DNA of 20,000 nucleotides from Spirogloea muscicola (Eukaryota): the NCBI GenBank assembly GCA_009602725.1, contig WELB01000022.1, positions 352,776-372,775 on the forward strand. Direction: 5' to 3'. Below, in pieces: positions 10,425-20,000 of the stretch (positions are counted from its first letter, which is position 1; each line of letters opens with the position of its first letter). The translations under genes were made by a program, and so were the position numbers. Under the pieces are notes generated by a model. That model had not been told where the DNA came from. It was given only the letters and a program-made list of their open reading frames with translations, and made no database searches.

Positions 10425-10592
10425 CTTTTCGCTGAACACTGTATTGGGCTTGAATTGGCCTCCCTTTCATTTCATGCGCGCTCCGCGCGCCGCCTTCTTA
10501 TGAAGCCCCGGCCTCGGCACTAGCTTTTGCCTGAACGGTGGATTGGCTAGAATTGGCCTCCCTTTTCGTTCCATGCGCAACCCGCGCGCGCC
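10425..10592. promoter_or_regulatory. Duplicated ~67-bp module with CCAAT boxes (ATTGG) in the divergent NDUFAF4/S6K intergenic region
   Basis: CTTTT..CTGAAC....ATTGG(G)CT.GAATTGGCCTCCCTTT....TY CATGCGC...CCGCGCGC at ~10425-10491 and ~10524-10592. Each copy has two ATTGG, and copy 1 has a site-II-like TGGGCT at 10445. The duplication is seen directly; the regulatory role is inferred. Confidence 0.55.
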
Positions 10593-10731
10593 TCTCTCTC
10601 CCCGCCGTCGCCGCGGCGGCGCAAGGCCCCCCCCCCCCCNCGCCGCCGCCGCCCTCCCTTCCGCTCCTGACCTCCCTCGGCCCCCCGCCGCCAACGCCGG
10701 CTCTGGCCCTCGTCTCCCTCTTTCCCCGCGC

Positions 10732-13529
<2,798 letters not shown>

Positions 13530-13959
13530 CATCACAGATGATTGGAGATCTTTCATTCATTTTCATATTTTTCATCATGAATGTCGCCTCAATTGGAGGA
13601 GACAGCCAACGTAAGCAAGCGAGTAGCTCCCCAAGGAGCGCCACAAGGTGGGCTATACAGTAGTGATGACACGAGTGAGGCAACGACTAATTCTTTGTGA
13701 GAGTTCCAATCTTGGACAGACTTTGGAAGTCGTGGGTCAGTGCAATCTTGGCAAGCCATGGGATGCATCGGCAATCTCATGAGCGGCGCCCCAGGAAGGC
13801 CAGAGGGCCTTCGGGCAGTGCCAATCTGTAGATGATAAGAGTCGAGCAAGAGGGACCCTGGAAACTTGGGTGCAGCAGGCAAGACTGGCTGCAGGCGCAC
13901 TCACTAGAGTGGCCTTGTGCGGCCGCAATTTAAGGGTGTACAGCTGCTGCTGCCACGCA

Positions 13960-15209
13960 TCATGCGTTGGCCCCGTCTGTGGCTGCAGCAGGAGGCTTGG
14001 ACTCTGTGGCTGCAGCAGAAGGCTTGGGCTGTGGAGCGGGAGGTTTGACTGGTTCTTCCACCTCAACAGACTCGATGGTTGCGACCTCCGTGCTTTTGAG
14101 GGGCTTGGCCTCCTCTTCATCTGCCTCATCCTCCGGTTCTGGTGGCGCCTTGGGCGGGAACTGTGGAGCAAGGGCAACACTGGCACTGTCAGGGCCTCTT
14201 CTTTTGCAGCAGCGGCCAGCACTTGATATGCAGCAAGAAGCAAGGAGAGTAGAAAGGCCCATGTGGTGGAGACAATGGAACGTACATGTACACAGGCCTG
14301 CTGATATAGCACTCCGCCAGTGATGGTCACAAGCAGTGCAACGATGCCGAGGGGCGTCGCGTGCTTGTCCCAGATCAGGATGTTGATGATGACGGTGAGG
14401 AGCTTGTTAGTGACGCCAACGACAGTGAATGAGGTGGCAGAGATGGCCTTGCGGCATGCAAAGCCGAAGAAGCTGATGGCAAGGCCGAAGATGCACGAGA
14501 GGCCGACGGCAAGGATGGTCCAGAAGGTGAGGTAGTCTTGGACGTCGATGGCCGCGGTCTCGATGTACTCGCCGGTGAGGAACCAGGAGATGGGCGACAT
14601 GAGGAAGGAGAGGACGTTGTTGTAGTACACAAAGCCCCACGTGTTGAGGCCGAGGTGCGTGACAATGTGCTTGATGTACACCATCTCGAAGGTGATGGTG
14701 AAGAGGTACGCGAACGCCCACGAGTAGGCGCGCACGGAGAAGGTGGAGTCGGTGATGACGTAGCCCACGGCGCCGGCCAGGATGATGCCCAGCGAGGCGA
14801 ACGTCCAGGGGTGCGGCCAGGGCTGGGCGCGGAAGAGGGTGTCGGCGAGCGCGACGAGGAGCGGCGTGGAGGAGCGGAACATGATGAACGTGTCCACGTT
14901 GGCGTACTTGAGCAGCGTGGTGTTGGTGAAGATGGCGACGTAGAACACGGCGGCGGCGGGGAGGAAGGCGCGGACGTTGGGCAGCGTGAGAGGGTCGTGC
15001 TCCAGCGCGCCGGCGCGGCCCAGCACCCAGACGGCCACGACGCTGACGGCGTACTGGAGCGCGGTGAGGACCGCGGGGAAGGGGAAGACGGTGATGGCGC
15101 ACTTGTTGATGATGGCCAGCATGGAGGAGCAGAAGGCGTAGGCCAGCACCAGCGGCAGCGACGACAGGTCGCCCAGGTTCACGCTCAGCGGCCCCAGCGA
15201 GAGCGCCAT
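13960..15209 (-). CDS. GFT1: Golgi GDP-sugar (GDP-fucose) transporter, GFT1/GONST4 type, probably 2 exons, ~374 aa
   Basis: Multi-TM nucleotide-sugar transporter with CSSMLAIINK, LTALQY, ANVDTFIMFRS, EMVYIKH, YNN, AISATSFTVVGVTNK and IWDKHATP..GGVLYQQ, closely recalling Arabidopsis GONST4/GFT1. Preferred exons are 15209-14286 (donor GTACGT) and 14160-13960 (acidic/Pro tail). The unspliced ORF instead runs to 13737. Confidence 0.88.
13977..14030. repeat. Two 27-bp tandem units in the GFT1 last exon (KPSAAAT / KPPAAAT)
   Basis: CTGTGGCTGCAGCAGGAGGCTTGGACT followed by CTGTGGCTGCAGCAGAAGGCTTGGGCT. Confidence 0.85.
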
Positions 15210-15609
15210 GGCGCTGCGGGCTGGCGTTTAAGGAGCGCGAGGGGGAGGGGCCTGCGCCGCAGGGCCGCCGGGTCACGGCGGCGCCATGGCGCGCGCAGGC
15301 GGGGCCGTGCCCGAGGGGCGCCTCCCCGGACTCGCCAGGCGCGGCCGTCAACCCCGGAGCGGTGGGCGCAGCCGTCAACAAACACGCGCCGAACAGCTCT
15401 TTCAAAGAGCCTTGCGCTCTTTCAAAGCCGAACAAGTGTGCTCCCTCCAGCGCCTCCCGGGGGGGCGGGCCTGTGACACGACACCCCGATATGAAGTCGG
15501 ACAAGGTCCCGGGCGCTGCACCTGCGTGCCGGCAGAGCCCTCGCTGCTGCCTCTGGCTCTGGCCAGGGGACCCGCTTCCAGGAGCCCAGTCTCTCTGACC
15601 TGAGGCTGC

Positions 15610-16130
15610 TTAGCAGCGGTTCCTGAGTGCTTCGTAGCTGCTCTGTTTCTTTCTGTGCTGTGTTTTCTTAGCGCTTCCCCTGGCCCCCTTCTCGTACTTC
15701 GTTGCTTCTCTTTTGGGCTGGCTTTTCCAGCCCCTATCCTCAAGGGGCGAGCCCTTTCTTCCGAAGGGGCCGGAAGGACGCTTCCAAGAGAGGGCGGTGG
15801 CTGGGACAGGCCAGACCCCCAGATAAAAGAATAAACAAGGGCTTGGAAGCGGTTGCTTCGCTAGAGGTGAATGAATGACCATCCTTCGTGCTTTTCACAG
15901 CCCTCGCCCCCTTTGATGAGCTCAATTCCTGGCGGCTGGTCTGTCGAAGTACAAACGATGGCGATGGCTGTGAGGTTGTAAGCTCTTCCGAAGGGGGCGA
16001 GGGCAGTAAGAGGCCCGCCCAAAATGGACTTAACGAAAGGGCCGGAAGGTGCAATAAAACGAAACCACTCTCTCTGTCTACACAGCCCCTCCCTTTGGAA
16101 GAGCCACTCTCCATCTCCTTGGAAGTACTT
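15610..16130. repeat. Cluster of a dispersed short intergenic repeat motif (AGCTCTTCC..AGGGGGCGAGGGCTGT...GCCAGCCCAAAA), both orientations
   Basis: Copies at ~15711-15752 (-), ~15780-15832 (+), 15894-15922 (-), 15981-16024 (+) and ~16081-16103 (-). The reverse complement of 15894-15922 is 27/29 identical to 2762-2790. Confidence 0.75.
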
Positions 16131-16900
16131 CTCTTCATTTGCGCCCTAAGCCAGGCCACCAGCTTCTGTGGCCGTACTCCACCTGCCCAAGCTAGCCTGC
16201 CAAGCTCTTACATGCTCACTCGTCGGTCATAGAGGCCCCTCACATGTTGCTTTTGCCCTGCTGTTTTAGCCCGCTTAGCCTAAGGCTTCGCCTCATTCGG
16301 CCCAAGTCGTTACACACAACTTTGGCTCGCTTTACCACCCTTTCCGTTTGTGCCCACTGCACTCCTCTCTTTTGGAATCACTTCTCTTTCTGCTGAGCTC
16401 CCCATGCGCTTGGCTGGCCTTCACATCCCTCCAGTGTCAGCATACGCTCCCCTCTGCCAGAGCAATATTGCCACCAGCCTTCACCTTGATGCAGGCTTTG
16501 GGTTTGAGCGGTTACCAGCCATGGCCGCGAGCGCCGTCAATGACTCCGAGCAGACTACATTCTCACCTTTCAATACGGCTGCTGCAGTCACCAGTGGAGC
16601 CAAGCAAGGCTGCTCACTTTTACTAAGTATTAAGCTCAGCAATCGGCAAAACGGCTTTGCTAGGGGTACTGCTCCATCTGGAGGCTAGCCCTACACTTTC
16701 CTCACCATCCCTCCCCTCTCCCTCCATTACTCGTTCCGTTTCTATGCCTCATGTATTACGCACCCATTGCTCCCTGCTCAACAGCTCTTTCGCTGCTCCG
16801 CCACTTGCAATAGCAGCAATGCGTCAAAGGGACAAGTTCGACAAAGTTGTTGCTAGTGTCATCAAAGCCCCATTCAAGCTCTCAGGCTGTAGCAGCCGCC

Positions 16901-19900
16901 CTAGCCCTTTGCAGCCTGCAACTTGTCGAGGCCTCCGCACATAGCTCGAAGGCGCAGCCAGGCTACCACCGACCTCAGAATGCGCACATGGCCCTCCTGG
17001 ATGTCTTTGGCCATCCGAAGCCTCTCCGGCTTGACTCTTCCCCCCAACGCAGCAGCTGCAAATCCCTGACAGAGTCCAACAGCAACTGAGAATACCGCAC
17101 CTGCCTCAATGCTCTTTTCTGCCCTCACTCACTGTGAGCTTTCAAGATTCTGCCAAGCTAGGTATAAGGTGCCAGTGAGAGAGCTATTGTAAATCCTTAG
17201 CCTGATAACAGCGCACCAGAGATGATGCACCTAGGTGGTCAAGTCTGTCTTCGCAGCACTTCAGAAGCAGGTCCATTGCGCGGCTCTCCCAGGGATCTCT
17301 CAGAGGCCTCCTGGCCAACCGCCCTTCGTGCCTGACGGCCTCCGCTGCCAACATCGCCAGATCTGGGAAGCGAGCAATGTAGCAAAGCTGCTTAAGGCTG
17401 CCACTTGCTGTGCCATGAGACGCCTTTAGATGAACAGCAATCAAGGTCAATGCACGACCATCAGGTTTGCTGCTTTAGATGCACAAGGAGATTCATCCTC
17501 TCATTGATACAAGTACTGGCATGCGGGCACCACAAAATTAATAGCAACCTTTGTGGCAGTGAGCAGTGAGGACCCGGGAAAAGGCCCTGAGGCCATGTGG
17601 TATGCCTTTTCCCCGACCAGCTGGTGAAGTGCATTGCATCAGCTTGAAGGCAGCCCCTTGATTTCCTGCTGGAGACTCCTCGACCCCTATGCCATGTGCT
17701 TCCAAGAGTTGCAATTTTTCCTTCCTCAGAACAGTTTTTGTGGGCACATCCACCCACAAAGTGACCTGCAAGTAGGGACAGCACTAGGTCAGGTGTTTGC
17801 AGCAACGCCACCAATAACGCACTGCAGCAATCCTGATGTCGTACTAACCTCCTGCCTGACTGTACAAGGATGAAGTCAGACAACCAGCTTGACAGAGTGC
17901 CAACCACGCACATGGTCATGTGGGTTGCATGGCAACGTGAAGCCAAAGTCGAGGGCAAGCACTGAGTTGGGCAAGTCACCATAGCTGATCATGACCTGCC
18001 AGCTGCACCTGCCATTAGTCCCAATCTGGTGGCAGGAATTCTGAACCACCTATCTGCATCAAGAATCTCATTGTCTTGCTGAGACAGCATACCTCCCGTC
18101 TACTGCTGCCTTATGAAGAAGCCTTGAGAAGATTGGGAAGATACAGACACATTCATCTATACAACACCAGAGTGTCTGCAGCAGAAGAGAGCAGCCAGAG
18201 GGCGCCCAATTGAGACACTGCAGGAAGAAAGGGGAGGCATGGCACCTGAGCTCCAGCCTGATAGTCCTGATCAGCAATCACCTGGCACGCGCAGAGGACA
18301 ATTCCTACTGATGATGCATGCAACTCAGCATGCTTCTGAAAGCGCAGAGTAACACCCTGGCAGATAGAGGGCCCCTCCGCACAGCCCTTCCAATTCAACT
18401 CATTGAGAAACGAAGCAGCAGCTAAGCAATTCAGCAAGCAGAGTATTGTCACCTCCGCATAACCTTCGTCCTTGTCATAGCAGAGATGCACACGGCATTC
18501 TGGGTTGTGATTGAGGAAGTCCACATAGGGGACCTGAAACCAAAAGCATTTGTATAAACAGCTCTGGGTCATTGCAAGCATGATACAATAGCATGGTCAC
18601 ACCTAGCAATATGTGCATGCCTGGCCTTGCACTTCAGAATTTGGACTCAAATATGCTAATAAAATCTTCACCAGAGCAAGATCGCCAATGTCCTCAATCT
18701 TCCATGCTCGTGAGCAAACTGCAAACAACTATCAGCACTGTGAGCTGGGCTCACGACGTTAAGGCTTCATGGATGGAGCTTTACGGCCAGAGCTCGACGG
18801 TGCACTCAATGGCACACAGTGGCAATGGCACGCAATGGCTGTGACCATGGCTGTGAGCTCCAACAGCCGTTGCAAAGACACTGCCAGAGAGGAGCTGACC
18901 TGCTGCATAGGCATACTTGAAGCTGTCCAGAGCCAGTGAAAGTCCGAATGCGGAGTTGCAAGATTGCAGTTTCTGCAATGCAGATACTCGATGTCAGTCC
19001 CACTTCACTTGAAACACAGGCTCTTCAACACCAATGGCAGCCAGCAGCAGTAATTGGTCCAACAGATAATAAAGCCAGCTGGCCATGCTCTTAAGAGAAC
19101 GTGCCTAGAAGGTCGAGCATGTGCAGCAATGCTTCCGTCACACTTCGCAGAGGTCAAAGACAGACGAGCCGTGCTCACCGGCAGGAGCTGCCTATACTCG
19201 GCGGCGATCAGGTCGGCCCTTAGACGAGTGTCCTCGAGGAGCGAGCTGCAGCCCTTGAGGAGGCCCAGCTCCTCCGAGGTCCAGAAGATTGTGCTGTCCA
19301 ACGAGCCCTGGGCTGGCAGGCTCTGTACATAGGGCGCCCAGCATGACTCCTGCCGCAGGCAACCCCTAAGACCGTCAAGTCACACCGTCACAGAGGCGCT
19401 CCAAGTAGCAATTGGTCGGGCGAGCGGCACAAGCTGCACCAAGTAAGGGGGCCTGATATACCAGCGGTCTGGTTGTGCAAGCCAAGCACCTGACCGAGGT
19501 GCCTCTCGGACAAGATAAAGAGGGCGAGCCTGGCCCACTCGCTGGCACCCGAGTCGAGCTTGTCAGCGATGCTGGCGCACAGAGTGCCGGGGGTGATGAT
19601 CTGCCTGGCCGCAGAGGCTGCAGCTGCTCAGAAAAGACTGCAGCATGGCAGGCAGACGGAGTGGCAGGCTGCGAGGCGGCGGCACTCCGAGGCGCGTACG
19701 AGGCTGCGCGAGACCCGGAGCACGCAGTCGCCCCTCGCGATGCTGCTGGTGGCGTAGAGGCCCCTGGCAGCCGCAGCACGCGGCAGCGAGCCTCAGCGCA
19801 GCTGGCTGGCATGCGGAGGTCGGGGCGAGCTTCGGCGAGGAGGCGGGGGCGGTTCGAAGGCCTGGGGCGCACCTTCCCTCACGGGACGCCGCGACGCGGG

Positions 19901-20000
19901 CGCTGTGCACAGCGACCGGGCCCTCGCCGCGGGCCAGCAGCCAGGCGGCCACCTGCGCCTCGTCGGGGGTAGCGGCGGCGGGCGGCGAACCCGCGCGGGG
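16901..20000 (-). CDS. Rubisco LSMT-like SET-domain protein-lysine methyltransferase (5' end lies beyond the window)
   Basis: Exons >20000-19873, 19763-19700, 19600-19490, 19349-19179, 18972-18900, 18718-18672, 18533-18453, 18281-18246, 17995-17912, 17765-17549, 17362-17217, 17065-16901 (last junction ambiguous). SET motifs GRGLYA, WAPYVQSLP, SRAW, VPYVDFLNH, ISYG.LPN..LALDFGF. The C-terminal GRGKGIPHGLRAFSRVL, EGRLARRP and RMAKD..EG..RILRS recall the Arabidopsis At1g24610-type subfamily. Confidence 0.9.

Noticed and set aside
14407..15504. 312-aa antisense and 365-aa alternative-frame ORFs over GFT1
   Set aside because: Shadows of a GC3-rich exon, with low-complexity translations.
16348..16944. 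Plus-strand ORFs of 92-112 aa downstream of the SET gene
   Set aside because: Non-ATG starts and no recognisable homology or exon structure; likely 3' UTR or intergenic. A small gene cannot be excluded without RNA-seq.

Overview
Compact, intron-rich eukaryotic nuclear DNA. The proteins are land-plant-like, the GT-AG introns are short and the first exons are very GC-rich, so a streptophyte green alga is the best guess (inference). By hand-splicing I can reconstruct six genes: (1) OM47-like mitochondrial outer-membrane beta-barrel protein (-, 3106-6467, 12 exons); (2) complex I subunit NDUFA13/GRIM-19 (+, 6951-8072); (3) NDUFAF4-like complex I assembly factor (-, 8860-9830); (4) ribosomal S6 kinase (+, 10732-13529); (5) GFT1/GONST4-type GDP-sugar transporter (-, 13960-15209); (6) Rubisco-LSMT-like SET-domain methyltransferase (-, 16901 to beyond 20000). 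Bases 1-2800 have no recognisable gene: a G-rich ~100-bp tandem array broken by a 613-N gap, plus ~200-bp-period duplications. The most unusual signals are a ~30-55 bp repeat motif that I saw only in intergenic regions (both orientations, one inverted pair), three adjacent mitochondrial genes, and candidate alternative termini or uORFs in OM47, S6K and GFT1. I found no convincing wholly new system, CRISPR array, RNA gene or coding transposon. Family assignments come from remembered motifs, not database searches.
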